A DNA stretch of 64,000 nucleotides from NCBI RefSeq assembly GCF_006345805.1, contig NC_042998.1, forward strand, positions 31,930,001 to 31,994,000. Direction: 5' to 3'. Shown piece after piece: positions 13,231-26,349 of this stretch. The translations under genes and the position numbers were made by a program. Below the pieces are notes generated by a model that saw only the letters and a program-made list of their open reading frames with translations, was not told the origin of the DNA and did no database searches. This stretch comes from Octopus sinensis (taxonomy: Eukaryota). How positions within the stretch are numbered: position 1 is the stretch's first letter; each line of letters opens with the position of its first letter.

Positions 13231-13393
13231 CGTATTTTTGCCATTTCAATATGGCTAACCCCTAAGGGTGGATGCTACTGGAGTTTTGTGTCCCCCTGGG
13301 GACACACTCCTCCAGCTGGCCATAGACACCACTATCTGTGTCCTGTCAGTATTTGCAAAGGGAAGTCATCCTTCCCGTCTTCAACTTATGATA

Positions 13394-13439
13394 CACACGG
13401 ACTCGAGTTTTCGAGGTATTGACCTCTCGTCAGCGTGTG
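13394..13439 (-). ncRNA. Type I hammerhead ribozyme, antisense copy with a 1-nt insertion (GAAAAC)
   Basis: Reverse complement reads CACACG-CUGACGA-GAGGU(CAAU)ACCUC-GAAAAC-UCGA-GUC-CGUGUG. Confidence 0.75.
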
Positions 13440-13818
13440 ACAATCATAGTTGTCGCCGAGAATTAGATTTCCTTCACAAATACTTATACTTCACAAATAC
13501 TGATACTGTGTATCATAAGTTGAAGACGGGAAGGATGACTTCCCTTTGCAAATACTGACAGGACACAGATAGTGTGTCTATGGCCAGCTGGAGGAGTGTG
13601 TCCTCCTGGGGCTAAAAACTACAGTAGCATCCACCCTTAGGGGTTAGCCATATTGAAATGGCAAAAATACGTCACGATGTGTTACCGCTACTGTATATAA
13701 CTCACTTTGATATTTATCATTGTTTGATTTCACTTTTTCAATATCAGCGACAGTGGGCGCTGGAAAAAGTATAAGTATTTGTGAAGGAAATCTAATTCTC
13801 GGCGACAACTATGATTGT

Positions 13819-13863
13819 CACACGCTGACGAGAGGTCAATACCTCGAAACTCGAGTCCGTGTG
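13819..13863 (+). ncRNA. Type I hammerhead ribozyme, canonical core
   Basis: Stem I CACACG (13819-24)/CGUGUG (13858-63); CUGACGA 13825-31; stem II GAGGU/ACCUC with CAAU loop; GAAAC-UCGA-GUC. Predicted cleavage after C13857. Confidence 0.92.
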
Positions 13864-14171
13864 TATCATAAGTTGAAGACGGGAAGGATGACTTCCCTTT
13901 GCAAATACTGACAGGACACAGATAGTGTGTCTATGGCCAGCTGGAGGAGTGTGTCCTCCTGGGGCTAAAAACTACAGTAGCATCCACCCTTAGGGGTTAG
14001 CCATATTGAAATGGCAAAAATACGTCACGATGTGTTACCGCTACTGTATATAACTCACTTTGATATTTATCATTGTTTGATTTCACTTTTTCAATATCAG
14101 CGACAGTGGGCGCTGGAAAAAGTATAAGTATTTGTGAAGGAAATCTAATTCTCGGCGACAACTATGATTGT

Positions 14172-14216
14172 CACACGCTGACGAGAGGTCAATACCTCGA
14201 AACTCGAGTCCGTGTG
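14172..14216 (+). ncRNA. Type I hammerhead ribozyme, canonical core
   Basis: Identical to 13819-13863, 353 nt downstream. Predicted cleavage after C14210. Confidence 0.92.
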
Positions 14217-14830
14217 TATCATAAGTTGAAGACGGGAAGGATGACTTCCCTTTGCAAATACTGACAGGACACAGATAGTGTGTCTATGGCCAGCTGGAGG
14301 AGTGTGTCCTCCTGGGGCTAAAAACTACAGTAGCATCCACCCTTAGGGGTTAGCCATATTGAAATGGCAAAAATACGTCACGATGTGTTACCGCTACTGT
14401 ATATAACTCACTTTGATATTTATCATTGTTATATATATATATATATATGTATATACATACACGCATAGATATATATGTATGAAGCTATGTGTGTATGCAT
14501 GTATGTACTTATAAATATGTCTATGCATGTGTGTGTGTGTGTGTATAAAAATATAAACATGTTAAGATATCTATATGTAAGCACGTGTATTCGAAGATAT
14601 GTATTTCTTATATTTATAAATTCATGTTATGTACTTTTATTTACTTTTAATATTTTGTTGTGTCATGTTTTCCTTCTACTTCGTTGTTTTCATAAATTAT
14701 TTCACTTGAAGAAGCAGTGAATATGTTATAAATGGAAGTAAATTACTAAAAATATCACCGGAAATGTAAAAAAATAATAATTCTCGTTTGTCTATTCATT
14801 TTTTTCATTTCCTTGCGATCTTGTTCTTGT

Positions 14831-14879
14831 TTATCTTCTTCTTCTTCTTCTTCTTCTTCTTTTTCTCTTCTTATTCTTC

Positions 14880-14911
<32 letters not shown>

Positions 14912-14972
14912 TTCTTCTTTATCTTCTTCTTTATCTTCTTCTTCTTCTTCTTCTTCTCTCCTCCTCCTTCTT

Positions 14973-15025
<53 letters not shown>

Positions 15026-15062
15026 GCTACTACTACTACTACTACTACTTCGACGACGACGA
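14831..15062. repeat. Compound trinucleotide microsatellite (CTT)n-(CTA)n-(CGA)n
   Basis: Direct inspection. Confidence 0.95.
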
Positions 15063-15536
15063 TTTATATTGCATTTTAAGATATTTACATACAATCTACT
15101 TCTATATACACAAAAAATGGGATTTGTACTAAAGATTATTACGAACGTGATATGGGGTGGAGTGGCACAATCGTTATCACACCGAACGAAATGCACAGTT
15201 GCATTTCTCCCGGTTTTACGTTCCGAAATCACCTAGCGCCCTTCCAAAATGTCAGGATTCGAGCCTATAGTTGACAGGATTATTATATACGTAATATCTT
15301 GTGTTGTTAATGGGCTTGCTTTGAAACCACATGGTTTCGGTTTCAATCCCATTGCGCGGCATTTTGGGAGAGTTTCTTCTAGTATAGCCTTATGCACATT
15401 AACGCCTTATGAATGAATTCAGTAAACAGTATAAATGCCCTGGTCTATCTATCTATCTATCTATCTCTTTACACACACACACACACAGACACACACACAC
15501 GAACACATACACACACACACACACAAGACACACACA

Positions 15537-15593
<57 letters not shown>

Positions 15594-15618
15594 CGAGAGT
15601 AACAAAGAGATACCAGAG

Positions 15619-15666
<48 letters not shown>

Positions 15667-17859
15667 AGTAACAGAGAGATACAGGTGTCAGTTCATGAAT
15701 GGACTCCTGTAACTCTTTGTACCATATTATAGGCAGCATTTTTAATATCAATTACATGTCTGAATAGCTAAGAGCGGATTTCCTATCTATTTGGATGACG
15801 ATTCATCGTTGCTTTAAATGTGTAATAGCAATTCTCTTGAATGATTAACAGTTGAATGCAACTGTGCCCATCTCACTTTACTTTTTCGTACTCGTTCGAC
15901 GGAGATGTATATAAACAATTTACAGGGCTGTATATAGAGCATATTGCTGTTGGAAACACTACGAATTCGACAGTTGAATCGTTATAAAATGCTAAGCCGC
16001 CGAACCTTTTACCTGTTCGAAATGCTCTAGTTTGATTTTAAAATAAATGACTACAGAAATCTTATTTAACCACAAAACAGTAAACCAAATGAGAAGAGTC
16101 TTAAAGAAATCGGCGGTGGAAGCTATTCAATTTCTTCTGACTCAGAGCGCTACCATTTTCCTTTAGATACTTTTCTCATTTTCATAAGTAATATTGTCTT
16201 CGGAAATAATAAAAATAGCCAAAAAATATAACATATACGACATCCATTTTGTATGGTAAAAACGCATTACTGTACACTTATGAATCGCCAGAAAGTTTAG
16301 AATATTAATGGAACAGAAAACGAAGTAACATATCAGATGTCTAACATAATTTTTCATGACAAAAATGAGAATAGTTTACTACTTATTAATGAACGAATAC
16401 CAAATCACTAGAACACTGCGCAGAAACTAGTTGATAAATCTAAGGATACATCTCTTTAGGTGTGGCATTAACATTAATACAACTGTCAACGAATGTGCCT
16501 ATCATTCCATTCGTAATTGGTTCAGCTGGAATGATACTTGACTTCGGCAAAATCATTCACATTTTGCTTGAATACATGGATAAATTCCACAAGACATAAC
16601 TAGTATGGTCTGTGAATAATGTTGTACAATACACACATACACCTTCGTTTAATTTTGTTCCATTTCACATTCGTTTTTCAAGATAAATCTATTTCCTCGT
16701 GGGGGAAGCAGAACTTGCTATATTCTTCAAGACATGAATAACAAAGAGAATATTTATTCATAGTAACTATTATCTATTATTCAGTGCATTACTGCGGAAA
16801 GTTGTACTCGATTCTAAAAGTGCAAGGCCCTCATCAGTGAATGCTTATAGAAAAAATGAAAATGTGCGACATAATTTATTTTTCAAATATTTTGTTTTAT
16901 CTGCAGCTGTATGTTGAAACATAAATTGTTACATTTGGGAAGAATCGTAATTCATAAAAACTACAAGTACACCCACTCGTTATTGCGTGTCTATATTTCG
17001 TGTCTCTTTTCTTTAAAAACAGTTGATGTTTGTCTATCTGCTTGGAAATGTTTTTTAGCTACACCAATCTGTAACATTTTTCTTTTAAATGCTTGGTTTT
17101 TAGCTTACAACTGATTTTTGCTGTCGTTAGATCTACCTGTTAGCAAGTATGTGTGCTGCGGAAGTTTTTGGGTCAAAGAAAATATCAACTGTTTTGAAAG
17201 AAAGGTGACCTCTACACAGCAGCTACTGGTGAGTGTGTAATGACTTTATCATCTGTGACGTTTCTCAAACATAACAGTAAAACACTATATAAAATTTACA
17301 ATATTTTAAATAAAGCAGTATAGTTAACCGTTATTTAATAACATACTAAAGGAAGAGGCCAATATGACAAAGCGAAATTTAAAGGAATGATTAGAAATAT
17401 ATAACATAAAATTTAGATAAAAACAACGATCTTGGAAATGTAAAGATTACTTTTAAAAGACATCTGAGACAAACATCCCAAATAGTACAGGCATTAGTGT
17501 TTGGTTAAAATATTCTTGTTGCACCTAGCTGGTTTTTTTTTTACCTTTTGGTGGAGGACTACTAGCGGAACTTCGGAATGATTAGTACACTGTGTGTGGA
17601 ATGTAGACGATAGAAAAAGTGCAGACGATATATATGTGTCGGAGAGGAGACATATTTTTTAATAATTGTATATCGAAAGAAGTTATAAAGACTTGCTTTA
17701 CAAGCAGATGCCATTACAGTGATTGTTCTGCAGCAGATCGGAGACGCTATCTCCATACTCCCGTTATCAGATATTCAGTGAGCCAGTCTTTGAAAGCCTA
17801 TAACAAATTATGCTATTGTTTTCAAATTACTATGTACGCCAACTAAAATAAATACTCAA

Positions 17860-20110
17860 AAATGTATTATTTAGGAAATATATTAAATATTCCTGAAGAC
17901 ATTTTGAATAAAGTGTATGATATAAAATGTGTAATCTGCATCAACGCAAGTCAAAATTCCTGTCAGGAAATATGGAACGAAAGAATTTGGCGAAGCCAAA
18001 CAGTAGAATGGATTAGAAAAGGAATAAAAGAATATGGCCATCACACTATAAATATAGTCGAGAATCACTTGAGGACAATTCACCATCGAAATAAAGAATG
18101 GAAGCAACGCGAAAGTTGCTTTCAGGATTAATAGTTACTGACTTTAAAATTAATTATTATAAAGTAATCTATGGTGATGTATCGAACGGATTATTAAAGA
18201 GAAAATTATCAACTCTCGATTGACTGTTAGAAGAGAAAACAATAAGATTCCCAACATAAACATACAGACACACACACACACACACACACACGCACGCACC
18301 AAGACTCTCCAAATATTTCACATCAATAACAGGTGGAACGAAAATATAAAAAGCCCTTGTATCTAATCTCTTCAAAGATTAGTTGTTCATTTGCAATGTA
18401 AAAGTACATTACCGGAAGAACGAAATATATGTACTTATCAAGAACCACTATTGGTAGACCGATAACCTATTACAGAAAGCAAAAAAGAAGGAAAAGTCTA
18501 AGCATAGCATAGATTGATTATTGAAAAACATTTGGCAAAATGCCATTGTGGTGGATATTAGAAACACTACACATAATAAAACCACCCCAATACTATAAAT
18601 TATATCAACCATACAATACTAAAATAGGAATAGAATACAAAGTAACTTTGCAAAACAACGTGAAGTTCATAAAACGATACAATACGCCTTAAATTTTTCA
18701 GTAAGTCTTTATTTTCTTTAGTAATGTCCAAACCGAATAAATTCTTCAGTAGTTAAAAATGCATGATGTATAGCATAAAGTACCTACACGAAAAAAATTC
18801 CCTCTGAAGAAAACTATTGTAGAAACAGCTTTTATTAAAATACTCGTATCATTAGACAAACAGGCCGAGGAATATCTATAAAGGGACAAATTACAAGCGA
18901 AATCATTATGTTGGAGTTTGTTAGATATAAAATGTAGGGAAATAAATCAGCTACACATGCACATAATTGCAAAAAGCTAAGACACAAAATAATACTAAAT
19001 ATACAAGAAAAATTTAGAAAATGGAACTGCAAATATGCCAAATAACTATTAGAAAACGAAATTAACGCTAGAAATAAGACAAGTGTATTGTATTAGATTA
19101 CCAAACCATAAAATACTGAGTTAGTATTATATATTGGAAACTAAATGGATTGAAAACTACAAAAGTATTTCCTCGTTTGGAGCTGGAAACCAAGACTGAT
19201 ACAAATTGGCAAAACCTTAATAAAAATCAGAGAATGTTTCAAAGTAAAGACAATACGTATAGAAAAATAGTTTGAAAATAACAGAGAAAGACTGATTAGT
19301 TTAATAAGAGAACACGAAGAAAATATTTTTTACCATACATAAGGAAACAATAAAGTGCAACCTAATTACACCGAAGAAAAACATTTAGATAACGACAATA
19401 ATAGAAAAAGTAAGGAAAATAAGATAAAAATAAAGTTGGAAAAAAAAATCGCTTGGCTAATATCCTGCAAGACTCAATAGAGAGGAAGTGTGTCAGCGTG
19501 AAAGACAATAATGACCTCAGAAAGTCTGAACGAAAAATAGCAGAAAGTGAAGGTCTGAATTTAGCTGCACAGAATCAATACATTTTCCCATGAAAGAAAA
19601 ATATACAAAAAATATAACAATAAAAATAATGAAATAAGAGGCTGCTAGCTGCAGACTAGGCAACCAGTACAAAGAACCAGCTGCCAACATAATTTCTGGT
19701 TGTCAATTCTTTCAAATACATAACATATCTGCAGATATGACTGGGGCGGTATCTGCCTCCACTAAACAATATGCCGACACTTCGGCACGAAAATTGAGAA
19801 TAAGTGCTATAAGCATGCAGCAAATAAAATTCATAGCTATAATTATGTGGGAACGTTTGACCAAACTGACAAAGAGATTAAAACGAAATGACCAGGTATC
19901 ATAATCAAACAACGAAATCAAATATGTATTCTGATAGACATCACACTCACTTCTGACGAATGCTTCGCAAGGAATCGAAATGGTATGAACGTACAAGGGA
20001 AAAAGTGATGTTTGTAACAAGAGATGCATCGGGTATTGAAAATTGAAACGAACAAAAAACAAGGAAGTACGCAAAAAATAGCACAGCACACACCTTACAG
20101 AAAACAATTT
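17860..20110 (+). mobile_element. Heavily decayed R4/Dong-like non-LTR retrotransposon (RT, CCHC, RLE remnants)
   Basis: Broken-frame remnants resembling L(S)xAxIDYxKxF (~18500), EGLxLAAQNQ (~19550), CRL..IISGC (~19650-19710) and QTDKEIK..PxIIIK..CILIDIT (~19860-19950); many stops and indels. Confidence 0.65.
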
Positions 20111-20550
20111 CAATTTAACAGAACAATGCGTAGCTTCATAAAAAAAGCAATACATTAAACACACATACATTTAAGTATACATAAAAACATACATATCTAT
20201 GTATATGTGTGTGTGATGTTTTAATATGGACAGATTTTAAACTAAAGGACTTCATTCACACAAGAGATCGAAGACAACAGGGCTACCGAAGCGATTCATG
20301 AAAGAACGGCAAATATTGTAATGTCTTTAGGCCATCAGAAAGGGATGGTGGTAATGAATTTGGAGGGGATGAATTTGCTATTTTTAAGATCTCGTAAATT
20401 CTATGGATTATTGTATATAAAGGTTAGTTATTTGTAAAAGCAGGGAATGGAATGGAAATATATGCATAGATACATAGTATTATGTATGTATATATATGTG
20501 TGTGTGTATAATTATATTCATGTATATAATAATAATAATAAAAATAATAA

Positions 20551-20586
<36 letters not shown>

Positions 20587-20829
20587 GAGTAGTAGGAGTA
20601 GGAGTAGTAGTTGGGTATATAATTCCAAAACTTACACGGAAAAATTCAACTTAACAATTTTAAATCAAATTTCACAATATATAATATATGCATAGTATAT
20701 AATTTTACTATTTATTGTACTTTATTGATTTTTAGAATAAGGTTTTGTCTATAGTATAGGTTTTCTATATGGTGTGAATAACATCTTTCTTTATTGAATT
20801 GTTTAATAGAGGTTTTTCTCTAAATGATG

Positions 20830-20871
<42 letters not shown>

Positions 20872-21286
20872 TGTGTGTGTGTGTGTGTGTCTATGTATAT
20901 TCTTTTGTTATATATGTATGTATTTTCTAGAGAAAGTTACTTGTATAACATGCATTGAAATATTTGGGGATATTTGTAGAAGGATGTGTGAAAGAGATAA
21001 ATATGAAATTTATGTGCGGAAATTGACTAGGTTACATGAGACAGCAGCTAGTTGGGCAATTTCAGACTTTGCAAAAAAGTGAATTTGAAGTCGTGTGCGG
21101 GTATCTATTAAGTATTTCATTTCTAAAATTCAGGTATCTCTTTGCGGATTACCAGATAAAATGCATTTAGTCTTATCATTGTGCAAAGCGTTCAGACACT
21201 TGAACTAAATATATTCAACTTTCCACTTTTGTTAATCTTCAGATATGGCTGGCTAGAGTCGTGAAGTTTCTCTTGTGACTGGCTGC

Positions 21287-21540
21287 ATGTATGTATGTAT
21301 GTATGTATGTATGTATGTATGTATGTATGTATGTATGTATGTATGTATGTATGTATATATGTATGTATCTCTGTATGTATGTACGTACGAATATATGTAT
21401 GTATCTATCTAACCATCTCTCTCCCTCTCACTCACTCTATTTTTCTCTCTCTCCCTCTCCTCTCTCCCACCATATATATATATCATTCTCTCTCTCTCTA
21501 TCTATCTACTTACCAATCTATCTATCTATCTATCTTTCTT

Positions 21541-21600
<60 letters not shown>

Positions 21601-21626
21601 CTATCTATCTATCTATCATCTATCTA

Positions 21627-21673
<47 letters not shown>

Positions 21674-21840
21674 GTGTATATGTCTGTCTGTCTACGTCTC
21701 ACTCGATCTATCGTGCACTCCGTCAATCCGTCTTTCTCTCCATATATCTATATATATATATATTATACATATAGCCGTGTGTGCGCGTGTGTGTGTGCGT
21801 ATGTGTGTGTGTGTGTGTGTGCGTGTGTGTGTGTGAGGTG
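21287..21840. repeat. Compound microsatellite (TATG)n-(TC)n-(TCTA)n-(TA)n-(TG)n
   Basis: Direct inspection. Confidence 0.95.
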
Positions 21841-22954
21841 TATGGATAAATTATCAAATGATTAAATGTTATTTGTACTTTTCCTGCGGCTGTCCGTTCA
21901 TTTAACGTTTTACGGAATAGAAAAAATATCAGAAGAAATGCAATAAAAAATCAATCTCCATATATTATTAGATGGATTTCTGATACTTGAAAAAAAGCAT
22001 CATTAAATCTAACGGATATAAGACGTGTAGTTCAAGTGAAACTGACCAAAACACACCACGCTATTGCCAAAAGTGTGATAGATAAAATCTTATGAAACCT
22101 TAAATCATTTCGTAATATATATGAAAAATGGAAGCCAAAAAATGGGGAAGATGAAATCGAAAACAGATTGCTTTGGGCAGCTGGAATATTGAAAAGAATG
22201 CTTCCCATTTAATTAACATAGTGTGTGGGTACAAAGGGTATCTTCATAGGTGAAGCAACAGAAGAAATCTAATTCTAAACTGTTGATAGCTACAGAAACG
22301 TTCTGTTTTTGTTATGTGCCAATATAGGAAATTCTAATCTACGGGACTTTACCGATGGAATAGTAAGTTGTGGTTTCAGTATTAATGTCATGTTTTATTA
22401 TATAGACAGAGATGTCAATGTCGTCGAAAATCACAATTGAATGTGATATCGAAAAGAAGAAAACATACACGTAAATATAGAAATATAAAACGAAACGTAA
22501 CTATGAAAACAAGAGTTAAATAGCATTAATGTTTCTCAATAAACGTATAGTATCCATGCACATGTGTTTTCAATTAGAAAATCCATTTGGTATCTGAGAA
22601 GAAAATAACTAAAAAAGCAATATTTAATCATAGATTCGCATAAGTTAAAAATATAAACGTTGGCGTCTGTATTCAATAACATCCATTCTTCTGCATATGG
22701 ACTGCGTCAGTAAGTTCATTTTCTCCTATTGTCCATGTTATATACTTTTGTTCCCTATCAACATTCTCCAATATTTATAACACATTTGTGGCTGAAGGAT
22801 ATTTCTGCAAAGTCTTAAAGTTATTTCAGACGTTTGGTCGTCACGTTAATTGAATATGTATATGCCAATAACAGAGGCTGTTCTTATTTTCAGACTAAAA
22901 CAAAAACAAAAACACACACAACAACAACTATTAACTGTCGTAGTTATGGTAAGA

Positions 22955-23065
22955 AGTTGGATTCCCAGTCACACGGTTGCAGGCTCAATTCCACTCCATT
23001 GTATCTACTATGGCCTCGCGCCAACCAGTGCCTTGTGAGTTGATTTAGAAGACAGGAACTGAATT
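22955..23065 (+). mobile_element. Partial degraded SINE (family of 6714-7138)
   Basis: ...CCAACCAGTGCCTTGTGAGTTGATTTAGAAGACAGGAACTGAA matches the SINE body. Confidence 0.55.
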
Positions 23066-23129
23066 TCGTTGTGCGTATATATATATTGCTTATACACCTG
23101 TCTTCGTCTTTTGTTTTTCTGTAAATTTC

Positions 23130-23167
<38 letters not shown>

Positions 23168-23411
23168 ACCGTTCACTTCAACATTTAAATTTAGTTTGCC
23201 AAAATATTTAGGTCGCCTTGAGACCGCTACCTTTTCACTGACAAAATTCCGTGCTGCAAATTAAATTTAAATATTGAAGTAATTCTAACGGTTTTTGTGT
23301 CTTTAAATGGCTTTTAAACAGCTTCCACGCTGAAATTGTTTTTGTTTCAACACACGATATCAGATCAGGTCACTTGCTGTGCAAGTACATCTCCGTAGTA
23401 TATATATCGTA

Positions 23412-23447
<36 letters not shown>

Positions 23448-26349
23448 CCATCAATATGTTATTTATTTATTATTATTTAATTGAACTCGACGCATCCATT
23501 TCCAAGTATATATATATATACATGACGAGGTTTTTATATATTTATATATATTTGTGTGCGTGTGTGTAAGTAACAGGTTTTTAAAAGAAATAAGCTCTGG
23601 TGTGGATTCCTTCGACTAAAATTCTTCAAGGTGATGCCCCAGCATGGCCTCACTCTAATGACTAAAAGAATTAAAAGATAGAAGACAATATAGACTGATG
23701 ACCATTTAAATCTTAGGGTTGCATCAGTTACATTTGTGAAAGCTGAGATAATTGGAAAATATCCAATTGCCGGTTAATTATTCACAATAAATATCTTTAT
23801 GCCTTGTTGAAAATTTTCAAGTCAGTAGACATACATCTTGGTTAAGCTTCCTAGAATATCTTCATTACAATCGACTCCCAACGTGTGCTAATCAGCATCG
23901 TCACGATTTTAAATGATGATTTTAATTATTACTTCCTGTAGAATACATAATTATTGACGTGTGCATACGCTATATGACATATTTTGAAATGTTTATAGTC
24001 CATGAAAAACTTTTAATAATTAAAATAATTAGCGTATTCCTTCTGCTCATAAAACTAAATTATAAATATTTTCTGTCTTACTAAACAATTACAGATTAAG
24101 CTAAACGAAATTATAATGAACATAACATTACAAAAACAATCTTTTAACTCATTCATTATTTGTAAGGTTGACAATGCCGTAATCTATGGTAAACAAATAT
24201 TTGGTAATTAAACTTATTAACTAATTTCTGTTGAATGGAGTCATTTTGAAAATATTAGAGAATGCATTTTACAAAAAATTTGAAATATTAGCGTATTTAA
24301 TCTTTCCAAAAGTCCATGTCATGGGTTCAAATATTTTAGTGTAATCATAAAATTTCTATGTATAGATTTTAGTGTCTATTTTTAGATTGAATATCAAAGT
24401 AATGTATGTGTTTAATTTGTCTTTTGAGTGGCTGAATGGTCGGTAATAAACACCAATGGTGCACTAGTTATAAAAGGAATAGTGTAGATGGGAAACAGAC
24501 CTCATATCCAGTGTTTTCATTTACATCATCCTAGTCTTTCATATATGCATCTATAACTATATTTCCCGAAGAGTGTCCTATTTATAAATGTATTTCATTA
24601 ATATTTGAATATGTAGCATCTATTTCACAAAATGGTCTCCAATTTCAATATTCATTACATTTATTTTAATATGTTTAAACGCGCAGTATTATATTGATAT
24701 GTTTTGAATGCAATTGTCAACACAAATCTATCTCACTCAGTCGTTCAATGTTCATATAGCGTGTTATATCATTTTATTTGAATTATTGTTTAAACTTAAT
24801 TATTTATTGTTCTTTGTCCCTTGGTAATCTCATCTATTCGTTGACTTTTCTGAAGTTTCCTTTTCTGCATAGTGGTCGGTTTTCTATAGCTGTCTGCTGT
24901 TCCTTGATTGAAATATAATTTACTTTCTTCAGAATTTGAAATTGATTGATCTGTTGGTTAAATAGATGAGCAACCAAAAACGCAAAAAAAAAGAAAATCA
25001 ATATTAATGTTATCATCAATGAAAGAAATCTTAATTTAAACTCCACTCTACACTAATTAAAAAGTTATTTAGGTTAGACGCTACGACACTTCTCAATAAG
25101 CAAAATATAGTCTATTTAAAAACCAAAAAAAAAACAGCATAAAGTAAGGAAGACATTTATTTCCAAGCAAATATATTGTTTCAACGTAACTTTAATTTGA
25201 AATACTTTTATTTCTTCCGTCAAAATAATAATTAACAAGATGTTTACAAATTTTGTTTTCCTTTGATTATAGATATATAATCATGTTTCTCTTTCTGCAA
25301 CCGGATAAATCTATTTACGATGGTATTAGTACCAAAACCGAATGTAAGACAACAATAATATTTAGAAACAAAAATAAACGCATAGACAGATAAAATCAAG
25401 GCAAAAAAAGGAAAGCCTGAGGTAGTGAATTGGAGGGGAACATATTGGAAGTTAGGCTGGCAGTGATATATATATCTAATCCCAGACCAGCCATGTGTCT
25501 GATTCTACATATATATTGAGTTTTTATATTCCAAAAAACATGATATTATCTGCGAAAAGTTGGCAGTCCTCACTTTGAGTATTTAAAGCAGAACATAAAT
25601 TTCAAATTCTTATATATGAAACTTTCACTAGATATCCATACACGGATTTGAAGGGGGTGTTTTTTTTTCATTTCATCGTCAAAATAAACGAAATGAAATT
25701 TCCAATACACGCAAAAAAAGTTTAATGAAAAAAGTATTCTTTATTTCTTTGCAGGGTATGTACACAGTTCTATACTGGACAATATATAGATACACACTAT
25801 CATATAAATATTAGATAAGATATTGGAATATCACAAACTGAGTCCTGCGTTCACATCAACTAAACGCTTGTTATTGTAAGTAGAGAAGGGAACAAATCTA
25901 AATGTTTCGGTTCATTTAACTGTAGGCAACAGATATCACTTTACGTTACGAATCTTACAGATGAGTTCAGTCCGCATTCCTTCTAAATCAGCTAAGCCAA
26001 TGAATTCACACCTTGCGCAAATCACTAATATTCGGGGACATTTTTAAAATTACAATTGAAATAGGAATAAAAATAATGATTGAATTGATAATAAATGTCG
26101 TCACACCTTTTTTCTCTTTCAAGACTAAATCTCGTAAGGATTAGCTTAATTTTCATCATAGTTTTAAATCTTGATAATTAGACAAGAGACAACACCCAGA
26201 TACATCCTTCTGCCATCACATATATATGACTCTGTCTAATTTACATCCTTTTCGGATTATTAGACCACTCCATTGTGAAGATAGTCACGTAGCCATCCTC
26301 AGGCCTCGAAAACAATAAATTAAGACTCTGAAAAAAATATATCTAAACT

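Larger units (their letters stand above)
13227..14430 (+). mobile_element. Hammerhead-ribozyme tandem repeat (candidate non-LTR retrozyme): about 2.6 x 353-nt units plus one inverted partial unit
   Basis: Plus-strand units 13507-13857, 13858-14210 and 14211-14430 look identical by eye; inverted partial copy 13227-13491; (TA)n on both flanks. Confidence 0.9.

Noticed and set aside
13720-14264. Two identical 63-aa ORFs
   Set aside because: By-product of the 353-nt repeat; TTG start, no known motif; sequence is better explained by RNA structure.
21990-22100. Cys motif resembling a piggyBac C-terminal domain
   Set aside because: Too short and decayed.
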